Virus record (IMG/VR): IMGVR_UViG_3300048591_000147
Span: 250,957-314,956 of that record
Direction: 5' to 3' (one strand)
Length of the DNA stretch: 64,000 nucleotides
Made by a program: the position numbers and the translations under genes. Below, piece by piece: positions 29,874-40,407 of the stretch (the first letter of the stretch is position 1; the number at the start of each line of letters is the position of its first letter). The notes under the pieces are model-generated. The model did no database searches, was not told where the DNA came from, and saw only the letters and a list, made by a program, of their open reading frames with translations.

Positions 29874-30398
29874 TCATTTCACGATGAGCGGATGATCATC
29901 TTCTGTACATCCACCGTGTAATGTCTTTGCTTGATGACAATTGGCGCATAACAACTGTAGGTTGTCTGGGAAATTATTTTTAAACGCCCATGGATAAATG
30001 GAGCCTTTTCTATGATTATTATTAAATAATTCTTTTCGGTGCTGTGCACCATCGTTATCTACATGATCCAACTGCAAATATTTATGATTGTTTTGCCCGC
30101 AACAGGCACACTTATTACCATAACCATTTAGGCATGCTTGTCTCAAATTTTGATAATTTTGTTTTTGTTTTTTACCGTGTTTATACAAGCATGAGGCGCA
30201 CATGGACTTTGTGTCTTCTTTAGGATTTATTAAACAATACCTACAAATACCATTGGCGATAGCTTTATTTTTGGATTTTTCTTGATATGCTAAATGTGCT
30301 TTATGACAAGTACTACATCTGGTCTTTCCGATATCCCTTTCATTACCACATCTAACACATTTCCCCAATTCTTTATATTTTTTATATAATTTATCCAT
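29874..30398 (-). mobile_element. free-standing HNH endonuclease
   Basis: LQLDHVDNDG...LLCANCHQAK plus N-terminal Cys repeats; GGGAGA SD; GATAAATA on minus strand at 30417-30424. Confidence 0.8.
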
Positions 30399-30498
30399 AA
30401 TATTTCTCCCATACATTATTTATCATGTGGTGAAAAATATTTGAAACAGTTGATATGATGTGATATGATGTATCATCATATTTAATTAGGTTCTTATT

Positions 30499-31131
30499 AT
30501 GAACAACGAATATAAAAAATATCCTCGAACTTTTCACCTACCTTGGAGTGAAGGTGCAACTAATGATGATAAAATATTAAAAAACGCTGCGCATTTCGAA
30601 CAGAAGCGAATTATAGTATCTGTCAAGTATGACGGTGAAAATTTTTCTGGATATTATGATTACATGCATGCGCGTAGTATAGATTCTAAGCATCACCCTA
30701 GTAGGGATTGGATCAAAAAGTTTTGGTCAGAGAGGCAAAAAGATCTTCCTATTGGATTTCGACTGTGCGGAGAGAATTTGTTTGCAAAGCATTCAATCGA
30801 ATATAACGATTTGGAATCGTATTTTTATGGTTTCTCCATGTGGGATGAGAGTAATACTTGTCTTTCTTGGGACGAGACTGTAGAATGGTTTCAGTTGCTC
30901 GGCGTCACCCCGGTGAAAGTTCTGTATGATGGTATCTATGATGAAAAACTTATCAAACAGTTGTTCGTGAATGACGGGACGATGGAAGGCTACGTGGTAA
31001 GACTGGCAGATGCTTTTCGCTATGAAGATTTTGCACAATCTGTAGCAAAATTCGTTCGTAAGGACCATGTAACTACGGGTACACACTGGATGCACGAAGA
31101 AATGGTGTCTAATAAACTAATGCGAGCATAA
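30499..31131 (+). CDS. RNA ligase family protein
   Basis: YPRTFHLPWS, KYDGEN, CGENLF, EGYVVR, AKFVR. Confidence 0.8.
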   Translation: MNNEYKKYPRTFHLPWSEGATNDDKILKNAAHFEQKRIIVSVKYDGENFSGYYDYMHARSIDSKHHPSRDWIKKFWSERQKDLPIGFRLCGENLFAKHSIEYNDLESYFYGFSMWDESNTCLSWDETVEWFQLLGVTPVKVLYDGIYDEKLIKQLFVNDGTMEGYVVRLADAFRYEDFAQSVAKFVRKDHVTTGTHWMHEEMVSNKLMRA

Positions 31132-31199
31132 TATTATGCTCGCATTTTTCCTAAAGATATTTAAAAGTAATATCACAACAATCCAAAAAGGTATCATTC

Positions 31200-31541
31200 A
31201 TGTCTAACAAAAAAACGAAACTAAAGCGCCCAGTATACGAATACAAGATCGAGCATTGGTGTCGGAGAAACCAACATTCGGATGCCATTATGAATGAAAG
31301 ATACCGCCTTTGTGTTAAAAGTAAGTTAGGCGCATTCAATGGTTATTTTAACCGATGGGTATTTGTGGACTCTTGGGGAGCAACTTATGAAGGGGATTCT
31401 AAAAAAGAGGGGTTCATTTTTGGTTCCTTGGCTCTTGCTGAAGATGCTTTAAGAAAGTTTGAAGACATTGAAAAGACCCGGTTCAATAGTTTAGATTACA
31501 CTGTCGTATACATGGCAAACGCCGGTACGTTGCGCATCTAA
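31200..31541 (+). CDS. hypothetical protein
   Basis: 113-aa ORF. Confidence 0.5.
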   Translation: MSNKKTKLKRPVYEYKIEHWCRRNQHSDAIMNERYRLCVKSKLGAFNGYFNRWVFVDSWGATYEGDSKKEGFIFGSLALAEDALRKFEDIEKTRFNSLDYTVVYMANAGTLRI

Positions 31542-31561
31542 AAAACGCTTTGAAGATCATG

Positions 31562-31590
31562 TTGACAACCAACCACATAAATAGTATAGT
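31562..31590 (+). promoter_or_regulatory. sigma70-like promoter with embedded late motif
   Basis: TTGACA-17-TATAGT; CATAAATA at 31576-31583. Confidence 0.7.
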
Positions 31591-31600
31591 ACAAACACAC

Positions 31601-31622
31601 TGACACATAGGAGTTATGGTCA
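31601..31622 (+). promoter_or_regulatory. RBS-enclosing bulged hairpin, copy 3
   Basis: Identical to copy 2. Confidence 0.75.
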
Positions 31623-33028
31623 TGACAAATCTAAGAAACAATCTTATCCTCAATCTCGTGGATAGTTACAAAACCAGCCACTTTGGCTTTATGGAAACTG
31701 GCACCACAGAAATCTTCTCTTACATTGAGAGTCGCGCTGGTAGCGAGTACAAAGAAACATTATTCTTCGGTCTTCAGTATTTCTTAAAGGAATATATGCA
31801 GACTCCAATCACCATGGAAATGGTGGATCAGGCAGAAAAATTCCTAACAGCACATGGCGAACCGTTCAATAGAACGGGTTGGGAATATATCGTTAACAAC
31901 CTTAAGGGTAAAATCCCACTTCAAGTCCGCGCAGTGCCAGAAGGCACCATTGTAACTGAAGGCAACGTATTAGTTACCTTTGTGAACACTGATCCCAATT
32001 GTGCGTGGGTTACCGGATATTTCGAAACAGCGTTTCTTCGCGCGGTGTGGTATCCGTCCACCGTTGCTACTCGTTCGTTTAATATTAAGCGAACCATTAG
32101 CAGTTATCTACAGCGCACCGGTTCTATTGAATCTCTACCATTCAAGATGATTGACTTTGGTGCACGAGGCGTTTCCAGCCTTGAATCAAGCATGCTAGGT
32201 GGTGCTGCGCATTTAGTTAATTTCTTAGGTACTGATAATATTTCGGGCATCATTTGTTCGATGGATTATTATTATTCCAAGGAAGTTACAGGATTTTCTA
32301 TCCCTGCGAGTGAGCACAGTGTTACAACAGCATGGGGCAAGAATCGGGAAGCAGATTTCTTTTCAAATGCCATTGACGTATATGGTGGTCCCGGAAAACT
32401 AATCTCATTGGTTGCAGACTCTTATAGTTTGGAAAACGCCATTAAAATTATTGGTACAACCTTAAAACAGAAGATTATTGATAATGGGTGCACTATCGTT
32501 GTTCGCCCTGATTCTGGTGATCCTGCCAGTATGGTGCTGGTTACTGTTAGATTGTTGGACCAGTATTTTGGCTGTAATAAGAATGCTGCTGGATATAACG
32601 TGCTGCACAACTCGGTCAGAGTTATTCAAGGTGACGGAATCACCATTGAATCCATTAAGGAAATTTTAGATCTTCTGGAAAAGAATGGATACAGTGCCGA
32701 TAACGTTACTTTCGGATGTGGTGGCTATTTGCTCCAGCAATTGAATCGTGATACACAACGATTTGCCATGAAAGCATCCTCAGTCGTAGTTGGTGGTGAT
32801 CGCAGAAATATTTGTAAGACGCCTAAGACTGATATGTCCAAGCAGTCTAAATCTGGTCGCTTGGCATATGTCAAATTTATCGGTCAAGATATTAAGCGTA
32901 CCATTACTGTCGAACAGTTTGATCCAACCATCCACGAAGATTTGATGGAAACTGTTTACAGAGATGGTGAGATTTTGAAAGTGTATACGTTTGACGAAGT
33001 TAGGGCGAATGCAACCAAGAGTTTATAA
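31622..33028 (+). CDS. nadV: nicotinamide phosphoribosyltransferase (NAMPT)
   Basis: DSYKTSH, DFGARG, ASEHS, VRPDSGDP, IQGDG, FGCGGYLLQ, RDTQRFAMK. Confidence 0.95.
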   Translation: MTNLRNNLILNLVDSYKTSHFGFMETGTTEIFSYIESRAGSEYKETLFFGLQYFLKEYMQTPITMEMVDQAEKFLTAHGEPFNRTGWEYIVNNLKGKIPLQVRAVPEGTIVTEGNVLVTFVNTDPNCAWVTGYFETAFLRAVWYPSTVATRSFNIKRTISSYLQRTGSIESLPFKMIDFGARGVSSLESSMLGGAAHLVNFLGTDNISGIICSMDYYYSKEVTGFSIPASEHSVTTAWGKNREADFFSNAIDVYGGPGKLISLVADSYSLENAIKIIGTTLKQKIIDNGCTIVVRPDSGDPASMVLVTVRLLDQYFGCNKNAAGYNVLHNSVRVIQGDGITIESIKEILDLLEKNGYSADNVTFGCGGYLLQQLNRDTQRFAMKASSVVVGGDRRNICKTPKTDMSKQSKSGRLAYVKFIGQDIKRTITVEQFDPTIHEDLMETVYRDGEILKVYTFDEVRANATKSL

Positions 33029-33293
33029 TCTATCTGACGATAGTAGACCAGACGATTGTGTGTACATTGGAAGGGGTTCCCTATATGGGAACCCCTTTTT
33101 GCGTGGTGAGCACGGTACACGAAGCGAAGTTATTAAAAAATATATTGAATACGTAGAGAGCGATCCAGTGTTAAAAGGTGAAGTCATTAAAAACCTAAAA
33201 GGAAAAAATCTAGTGTGTTTCTGCAAGCCCAAAGCATGTCACGGTGACTATCTGATACAAATTTGTAATATCATTGAAGAAATAGAATTCTAG
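33009..33293 (+). CDS. DUF4326-like protein
   Basis: YIGRGSLYGNPF...LKGKNLVCFCKPKACHGD. Confidence 0.8.
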   Translation: MQPRVYNLSDDSRPDDCVYIGRGSLYGNPFLRGEHGTRSEVIKKYIEYVESDPVLKGEVIKNLKGKNLVCFCKPKACHGDYLIQICNIIEEIEF

Positions 33294-33328
33294 GTTATAT
33301 TGTTGAACTTATCATAAATATATGATAA

Positions 33329-33553
33329 ATGGGGATTAGTGTGGTTTATTCATTATTAAACACTTTAGATACAACTAAAATCAAAAGAAAAGAAAGCTTT
33401 GTCGAGTATGTTTTACATATTGATAAGGAAGATCATTCATTTCTAGTTCAAGAATCTTTTGCGGCGGATTTTGAGAAAGCATTCACAGAAAGTGACGTGC
33501 AGTCGTTTGAGAAGTTCATGGACCTTTTTGGTTCGACCATAATCCAGAAATAA
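33329..33553 (+). CDS. hypothetical protein
   Basis: 74-aa ORF after CATAAATA (33313-33320). Confidence 0.5.
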   Translation: MGISVVYSLLNTLDTTKIKRKESFVEYVLHIDKEDHSFLVQESFAADFEKAFTESDVQSFEKFMDLFGSTIIQK

Positions 33554-33571
33554 TATAACTAGGAAAATAAA

Positions 33572-35266
33572 ATGACAATCGCAACCGATTTTGAAATACA
33601 AAATGATGGTGACATTAGATATATTGGCGCAGCCCACGGTGCATCTGGTGCTGGCTATTATACTGTATTAGAACTACACAGGTGGTTACAGTCTTTAGCG
33701 GCAGATTCAAGCGCAAGCGGCGATGATTTCATGGATATTACCAGAAATACACCATCTGATAAATCATTCGATACTATCATAACGCTTATCAATGGATATA
33801 ATATCGATGCTACCGCTGCTGAGCATCTATATGGCGGTTCCATTATTCAATCTTCTGGTGGTGAGATCTATGACGGTGTGCAGGTTATCGCAAACATTGG
33901 ATGTCACGTAGAAATTGTTCAAAACGGTGCAGTCATTGCAAGCGATTTTTGGAATTCAATTCCATTTGGTGAAACTGAAAAAGGTTTGAATGCTGACGCT
34001 GCAAACGGTATATCTCACAGATTCATAGTTAGAGTTAGAACTGGTGCCGCTGATATTGATGCTAGAAAATTATTATTCCAGACTAGAGAATGGGGGAAGA
34101 CCTTCTCAGAGTTTAAAATTAATGGTACAGGTCGTGGTGTCAACGTTGTGCCATTGACGTACTCTGATGACTTAAACAACGCTACAGCGAGCCTTACAGT
34201 GGCTGGTTGGACTACAATCACTAATGTCACCGAAGGCTACAATGGTATCGATGTTAACAACGATTCCGTACTAGAATATTATTACAGCGAATGGGATAAA
34301 GATATCTATTCAATTAACCAATTCTATGAATACATGAAATATGTTTCCAGAAGAGGTACGGCAGAGACAATTTATGGTCTAAACGGTGAATTGTTTAGAG
34401 GCATAACACACGAAATAACAACAGATACACCTACCGGCACATTTGATCCGTTTGAGCCTGTTTCTTGGTCCGGTGGTACTGGTCAGATGTTGGCTATTAA
34501 TTCACCAACAGCACCAACTAAAATGTGGATTCAACTGTTAACTGGCGTTGCTCCAACCAATAATCAAGTAATTACTGGTGGTACTAGTACCGCTACGTGT
34601 CAAGTGAATATCACTGTAGTGGAGCGCAGCTTAAGCTTTCCATTCTGCGGTGTATCAACTGGTTCAGCATTAATCGGCGCATTTGGATTTGGTGTGGAAG
34701 CTTCTGATCTAACAAACAATGACAAAGTATTCGATTTAACAAACACCTTGTATCAGGCACCAAACTATGTTACATTTACGGTTAATGGTCTTGTTATAGG
34801 TGAAGACACAGTCTTAGTAACTCCTAACGATACTGGCGCGATAGATGTCAACCAGTTTACATTAGATGGTGCCCTAACAGGTGCCGCAGTTACAAGCGTT
34901 GTAGTTAATGAAGCTATACCCACTGACACGCCAGCAACTGGTACGATACGAATCCAGAGAACTAGTGGTGGATATTCTAAACACGTATATAGCGCTTATA
35001 ATGCTGGAACAAAAACTTTCACCATCGCTTCGTATGATTTTAGCGGAGTTGGTGCAGCAGATAATGCAAATACATATTTGTCATATATTGATAAAGTAGC
35101 TACTGCCACAAGCGAAAGTTTTACGGCTGTATATGCTGGTTCAGATAGAAGTCTATATATACGAGTAAGAGATGGTGGAGTAACTCCTATTAAAACATTT
35201 GAATCAACTGGTACATTGGGTGCCGCTGGTGGCTCTGCTACAGCAGTTAGAACGTCGGATGCATAA
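33572..35266 (+). CDS. putative virion/tail-associated beta-rich protein
   Basis: 564 aa, Gly/Thr-rich, downstream of late motif. Confidence 0.6.
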   Translation: MTIATDFEIQNDGDIRYIGAAHGASGAGYYTVLELHRWLQSLAADSSASGDDFMDITRNTPSDKSFDTIITLINGYNIDATAAEHLYGGSIIQSSGGEIYDGVQVIANIGCHVEIVQNGAVIASDFWNSIPFGETEKGLNADAANGISHRFIVRVRTGAADIDARKLLFQTREWGKTFSEFKINGTGRGVNVVPLTYSDDLNNATASLTVAGWTTITNVTEGYNGIDVNNDSVLEYYYSEWDKDIYSINQFYEYMKYVSRRGTAETIYGLNGELFRGITHEITTDTPTGTFDPFEPVSWSGGTGQMLAINSPTAPTKMWIQLLTGVAPTNNQVITGGTSTATCQVNITVVERSLSFPFCGVSTGSALIGAFGFGVEASDLTNNDKVFDLTNTLYQAPNYVTFTVNGLVIGEDTVLVTPNDTGAIDVNQFTLDGALTGAAVTSVVVNEAIPTDTPATGTIRIQRTSGGYSKHVYSAYNAGTKTFTIASYDFSGVGAADNANTYLSYIDKVATATSESFTAVYAGSDRSLYIRVRDGGVTPIKTFESTGTLGAAGGSATAVRTSDA

Positions 35267-35268
35267 TT

Positions 35269-35430
35269 ATGAATCTACAAGAATTGATTGGCGAACTATT
35301 AACATTATCACAAGCATATCCACCAGAAACCATTGTTGCAATACAAACTGTGGATTTTAAACATAACATATCCGCTGTAGAGGTAGAAAGCTTACCAACT
35401 GGGGTGGAAATTACACTGAGAGTACAGTAA
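35269..35430 (+). CDS. small hypothetical protein (53 aa, not in ORF track)
   Basis: MNLQELIGEL...TLRVQ fills the gap between two large genes. Confidence 0.55.
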   Translation: MNLQELIGELLTLSQAYPPETIVAIQTVDFKHNISAVEVESLPTGVEITLRVQ

Positions 35431-35433
35431 AAA

Positions 35434-38400
35434 ATGGCAACAATTACATCAAATACATTTTTAGACGATGGTGTTGCCAGAACAGCAGGTGAAGCTATGG
35501 CTATCGGTAATGGTGCAATATTTACCATTAGAACTGATTCTCGCATCCACGCTAATGCGCCAGCTTCATTTACTGGGAGTTTAGGTAGCCCTACATTTAC
35601 CGGTATTGGTGGCGAATTTGTTATAGACGCCACTAATGTGAGATGGCTTGCCTATAATTCAGGAACCGGAGTAGTGCCCCCTATTGGCACTTCGATTGTT
35701 GGAAATACCTCTGGTGCTACTGGATATTTGTTAGGGGTATGGGCACCAGAATCTGGGACATATCCGACTACTACATGGCCCACCGTAGTACGTGCGGTAG
35801 GTGCCGCTATGCCAACTTCTGGATTTATTAAATTACGAGAAGTTAGCGGTGGACCGTATAACGCATCAGAAACTCTGACTGGTATCGGGGCATCTACAAC
35901 TGCCGCAGATGTTACTGGTTGGATTGAAGTCGCATTCGACGCGGGTACTAACTTTGTGGTTGGTCGAGTTGGTAAATTTAAGACCCGTGGTGACTGGTTT
36001 TATCTTGAAAATACACAGGACGGACAAGACATACAGGTGCCTTCATCTATTGCCGCCGGTGCCGCTCATTCATCGTATCCATTAGGAGCATGGGTGGAAA
36101 CTAGTCCGGGTACGGATGAATATGAGTTTTGGCCCTGCTTACATTCCGGGTTAATTAATATGAGTAATTTTGGTGATCTATGGGGTGAGTTCGAAGTGGA
36201 CCGAAATCCTAGAGCTAAATTTTTAACTCCTAATGGCGCAGGCACATTTGGATTCGGAGCATCCACTTATTCAGATGCTCCAACATATACGTCAGTGGCT
36301 GCTCAAGTTGGCACATACGCTGGTATTGCTATAGCTGGCACATATACATGGGCGGCAGACGTTGTAACGGTAAACACTGCTGCAACAGCACACCTTTTGG
36401 AGGACGGGCAGACGATAGGATTAGATTTCACGTCTGGAAGTGGGGTGGACGCAGCAACATTTGTGGTAAATGTTATAGACGCATTTAATTTTTCGTGTGC
36501 GTATGTTGGCTCTGGTACTGGTGGTAACGTAACAGTGCGTCCGGGAGTAACAATAACATTTACTGCGCACGGATTAAACCAAGGTGAAGATGTTTATTGT
36601 GATTTTACTTCTGGTACAGGAGTAGATGGTACATATCAGGTATATTCTGTAGGTTCTGCGAACGCTTATAGCGTGTCATACCCCCACACTGCCGCCCTGA
36701 CAGGCGGTAATGTATCATGTATTCATTCCATTGATATAACATATACATCACATGGGTTAGCACAAGGTCGTCGTATTAGCATTCGATCTCCAATTACTGG
36801 CGCAATTACTGGCGGTCACTATGTTGTTAAATCCGCACCAACAGCTAACACATTGAGAATAAACCACCCAAGTTCCACCATAATATCTGGAACTTGTAGG
36901 GTCGGAAATACACTTACCTATCAACCACCGGCAGGATGTAAGGTGAGAGTACCTAACATATTTTTACAGGAGTGTGCCACTGCTACTCGTGCAGTAAATT
37001 CACAACCCAATGGTACTGTAACATCGCGCCCCGAATTCACCACCACAACCGCTGGTGCTATTGACATTGAATATCTGTACTCTTTTTCATTACGTTCTGT
37101 TTTTGCCCAACCATATTCCGTGCGTATTCATCATTCTTGTTTACAAGAATCATTAGATATATCAGAATGTGCTACGGCAATTGACATTAACGATGTTGGT
37201 ATAGGTCATTGGTCATCACAAGACGTTAGATCATTACAACTTACTTCAAATTTTGCTGGTGGCACTATTAGTAATGTAGTAGCACCACGAGTATCTTTAG
37301 GAACAACTGACCATGCAACAGAAATAATTTACTGTAAAGACTTAGTTATAGAGAACTTAAACACGGGTATCACAGGTTATATCCGTTCTACTGGAATACC
37401 TCTTAATATTCAGACTTGTTCTAATCTTACTATAGATGGTGTTAAAGTATTTAATGGTAATATATCTATTGCTACTAGCAATGGTGTCTATATTTCAAAT
37501 ATAGATTATAATGATAGATATGCTGGTTACACTTCTATCACCACCCCACTAAATGCTGTTGTAATAGGTGCTGGATGTAATGATATTATTATTGACGGTA
37601 TGACATTTGGTTTAGGTGGCACAGTTCCAAACTGTCAACCATATACTGGGTTAGTTTCAATTACGGGTGCGTCTAATGTAAAAATTAGAAATTTAGGAAC
37701 ATCTTCTAATTATCTATCGACTGGTGAATGGGCTCCAAATTTAGTTGCTACTGGTGTTGTACACACTTCAGGGGGTAACAATTCGAATATATCTATACAA
37801 AAAGTGTTTGTAAATAAAATGAGAACCGGGTTAGTTTCCACAATTAACTCAGATAAAAATGTATTATATGAACAGATTTTATCTAGTGATCCATGCCTTC
37901 ACAGCGCTAAGGCGGCGTATATTTCGCTCGTTGCTTCTCTGGATACTGATATTAAGGGTATGACAACTGGTGGGTATCCAGTTACAGCCCAAGTTTCCGT
38001 ATACGGAACACATTGGTATGATATGTTCTTGGGAACTGCATATGGTGCTTTGATATTGGCTATGAATGAGCCAACGACAGATACATCACCATATTACACC
38101 AATAATGCTGGTATCGTGAAATTTAATTCATCCGGTGGCGTTGAAATGCGTGCTATAGGTGCAACCAGTACTTGGGAAACTCCATATTATATACAAGGGC
38201 ACACGGGATTCCAAAACGTGTCACCAGTGATGTCAGGTGGTACTATAGGTAACTATAGATTTAAATATCAGATAGATTTAAATGACGGTAATAGTTGGTC
38301 TACATTATCAGCCCAATTAACTGCCGCACAATTAGCAACCGCGTTAAACGGTGAGATTGTCGATCCTGTTGATGGCTTTAAACTTCGTATCCAAATTGAA

Positions 38401-38793
38401 ACCACTACGGGTAATGCAACAGCAATAACATTCCTAAGAATTTATACCACAACTAGTACAGCAGCACAAAATGCTATTAACTATCCCCTTGATATTGTTC
38501 CAATTACTGTTACTGTTAAAGATGTTAACACTGGTGATCCTATAGAAAATGCTAGAGTTTTCATAGAAGCTGCTGCCGGTGGTCCAGCTACATTAGGGAC
38601 TGATATATTAACCGGCTTAACGAATGCTAGTGGAATACTAACTGGTACAACAGAATATGTAGATCAACCTATATCTGGTCGTGTTAGACGTGCAAGTGTT
38701 GCGTATGGTACTCTATATAAGAGTGCAACTATAAGTTCTACAATCGAATCAGATGGATTGAATTTGACTGTTCTTATGATACCGGACGAATGA
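35434..38793 (+). CDS. large tail fibre/spike-like protein
   Basis: 1119 aa; three H(G/L)L..G.....FTSG-type repeats, beta-helix-like middle, C-terminal ITVTVKD..TG.PIENARV domain. Confidence 0.6.
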   Translation: MATITSNTFLDDGVARTAGEAMAIGNGAIFTIRTDSRIHANAPASFTGSLGSPTFTGIGGEFVIDATNVRWLAYNSGTGVVPPIGTSIVGNTSGATGYLLGVWAPESGTYPTTTWPTVVRAVGAAMPTSGFIKLREVSGGPYNASETLTGIGASTTAADVTGWIEVAFDAGTNFVVGRVGKFKTRGDWFYLENTQDGQDIQVPSSIAAGAAHSSYPLGAWVETSPGTDEYEFWPCLHSGLINMSNFGDLWGEFEVDRNPRAKFLTPNGAGTFGFGASTYSDAPTYTSVAAQVGTYAGIAIAGTYTWAADVVTVNTAATAHLLEDGQTIGLDFTSGSGVDAATFVVNVIDAFNFSCAYVGSGTGGNVTVRPGVTITFTAHGLNQGEDVYCDFTSGTGVDGTYQVYSVGSANAYSVSYPHTAALTGGNVSCIHSIDITYTSHGLAQGRRISIRSPITGAITGGHYVVKSAPTANTLRINHPSSTIISGTCRVGNTLTYQPPAGCKVRVPNIFLQECATATRAVNSQPNGTVTSRPEFTTTTAGAIDIEYLYSFSLRSVFAQPYSVRIHHSCLQESLDISECATAIDINDVGIGHWSSQDVRSLQLTSNFAGGTISNVVAPRVSLGTTDHATEIIYCKDLVIENLNTGITGYIRSTGIPLNIQTCSNLTIDGVKVFNGNISIATSNGVYISNIDYNDRYAGYTSITTPLNAVVIGAGCNDIIIDGMTFGLGGTVPNCQPYTGLVSITGASNVKIRNLGTSSNYLSTGEWAPNLVATGVVHTSGGNNSNISIQKVFVNKMRTGLVSTINSDKNVLYEQILSSDPCLHSAKAAYISLVASLDTDIKGMTTGGYPVTAQVSVYGTHWYDMFLGTAYGALILAMNEPTTDTSPYYTNNAGIVKFNSSGGVEMRAIGATSTWETPYYIQGHTGFQNVSPVMSGGTIGNYRFKYQIDLNDGNSWSTLSAQLTAAQLATALNGEIVDPVDGFKLRIQIETTTGNATAITFLRIYTTTSTAAQNAINYPLDIVPITVTVKDVNTGDPIENARVFIEAAAGGPATLGTDILTGLTNASGILTGTTEYVDQPISGRVRRASVAYGTLYKSATISSTIESDGLNLTVLMIPDE

Positions 38794-38797
38794 CCCT

Positions 38798-39574
38798 ATG
38801 GCGATTACAATTGATTGGAACACAAAAATAATTTCGGTTCCCCAATCGGATTTGACATTGATTTCTCCAAATATTTATGAATTGGATGTCGATTGGTTTA
38901 GATTGCAACTTAAATCTATTGAGGATAGTGAAGAGGGTATAGTATTCCCTAGCACTCACGAGCATGTACAGGAATCTGTATTATCGGGTGTTACATATGC
39001 TAGACAGGTTAAAATTATAAATGGGTATACAGTTACATTTGAGGATGGGCCTTATACTATCCGTTGTGTTGGTGCAAACCATAATCTTGGTGATGTTAAA
39101 AACGTGAATCAAGTATCATTGATCATCGGTAACTCTGGTGGTCTTATCGTCACTTCATCGTCTGGTGGTTCTTCTGGACCAACGGCAGCACAGATAGCAA
39201 CCGAAGTTTGGGAAAGATTATTAGCATCACACACAAACCCATTAACTATGGGTGGTATGATCAATCTACTTAATACAAGAACACAAAATATCGTTAATTA
39301 CTGTGTCGGTTTGGATCTTAAAGCTGATCTGAATTTAGGCAAGACTGATGATGTATTAGTTGACACAGCATCTTTAATCAATAGTCTACAATCGGCCATA
39401 GATTTGGTTAATGAAATCTTGAAATATAGTTCTAATAGAACTAAGATAGATCGAAATGCGAAAACACTTACCATCTATGATGATAATGGCACAACACCAT
39501 TAAGGGTTTTTGACTTGAAAGATTTCAATGGTGTTGCTTCCATATCTGAGATCGCTGAAAGAGCGCCGCGATAA
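38798..39574 (+). CDS. putative virion protein
   Basis: 258-aa ORF in the same operon. Confidence 0.55.
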   Translation: MAITIDWNTKIISVPQSDLTLISPNIYELDVDWFRLQLKSIEDSEEGIVFPSTHEHVQESVLSGVTYARQVKIINGYTVTFEDGPYTIRCVGANHNLGDVKNVNQVSLIIGNSGGLIVTSSSGGSSGPTAAQIATEVWERLLASHTNPLTMGGMINLLNTRTQNIVNYCVGLDLKADLNLGKTDDVLVDTASLINSLQSAIDLVNEILKYSSNRTKIDRNAKTLTIYDDNGTTPLRVFDLKDFNGVASISEIAERAPR

Positions 39575-39921
39575 TGGATTCATTAGGTGGCATATTAACT
39601 GGTGGACTACTCGGTAATCCCATACTAGGATATTTTAACTTAAGCCTCTTCAATATTATTGAAATTCAAGTTGAGAGAGTCATAGGACATTCGGTTGGTT
39701 ACACTGATTACGTAGAAGACGAACCGGGTAAATTAACATTTAAAATAAATATGTTTAAGAATAGTTACATTAAAACATTCACTATTTCCAATAATAAAAT
39801 AAATATAATGATGAGGCTGATTAAAACTTTTAAGAAGCTTAAGAAACGAATTCTGAACGTAACGATGAACAAACAAATCAAGATTGATAACATAAAGGTC
39901 AAAATCAATGCAAAAAATTAA
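39574..39921 (+). CDS. hypothetical protein
   Basis: 115-aa ORF, TAATG coupling. Confidence 0.5.
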   Translation: MDSLGGILTGGLLGNPILGYFNLSLFNIIEIQVERVIGHSVGYTDYVEDEPGKLTFKINMFKNSYIKTFTISNNKINIMMRLIKTFKKLKKRILNVTMNKQIKIDNIKVKINAKN

Positions 39922-40336
39922 CATAGAACAAGAATCGTCTTTCGAGCTTGAAATGGAAATTCACGGTGACGTGCCATCCGGTACGAAAAGTAATTTATTC
40001 TTTACGATAATCTCAGAAAAAATGCGACTATCGTTTGAAGGTGAGAAGCTTGACAACGGTGTGTATAAGATAGATATTCCAGTGTTGAAGAATATATTGG
40101 AAGCTGGTAAATATGAATTTGAGGTTAATGTATTAATCGATGGTAAATATTTCTCACCAATAACAGAATCAATAGAATTGATTGAAGAGATCAAGCCTGT
40201 CGTAAAGATGAAAGAGGCAGAGAAGACCAACGGCGGCATTTCTGTAAAAATAAATGAGACAACTAAAGTTGCGCCTGCGGTGAAAGATGTACCTAAGAAG
40301 GTCGTACTAGAGAGAGTTGGAACGGTAGAAAGATAA
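39908..40336 (+). CDS. hypothetical protein
   Basis: 142-aa ORF. Confidence 0.55.
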   Translation: MQKINIEQESSFELEMEIHGDVPSGTKSNLFFTIISEKMRLSFEGEKLDNGVYKIDIPVLKNILEAGKYEFEVNVLIDGKYFSPITESIELIEEIKPVVKMKEAEKTNGGISVKINETTKVAPAVKDVPKKVVLERVGTVER

Positions 40337-40357
40337 AGTTATCCAATGTTTGACTCG

Positions 40358-40395
40358 AAACCAGTGGCTATGTTATAGTAGCCACTGGTTTTTTT
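40358..40395 (+). terminator. intrinsic terminator overlapping a sigma70-like promoter
   Basis: AAACCAGTGGCTA / TAGCCACTGGTTT plus T run; TTGACT(40350)-18-TATAGT(40374). Confidence 0.8.
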
Positions 40396-40407
40396 ATTGG
40401 AGATTTT

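Noticed and set aside
33572-40336. Diversity-generating retroelement target
   Set aside because: No reverse transcriptase and no TR/VR near-duplicate with A-specific mismatches noticed in the window
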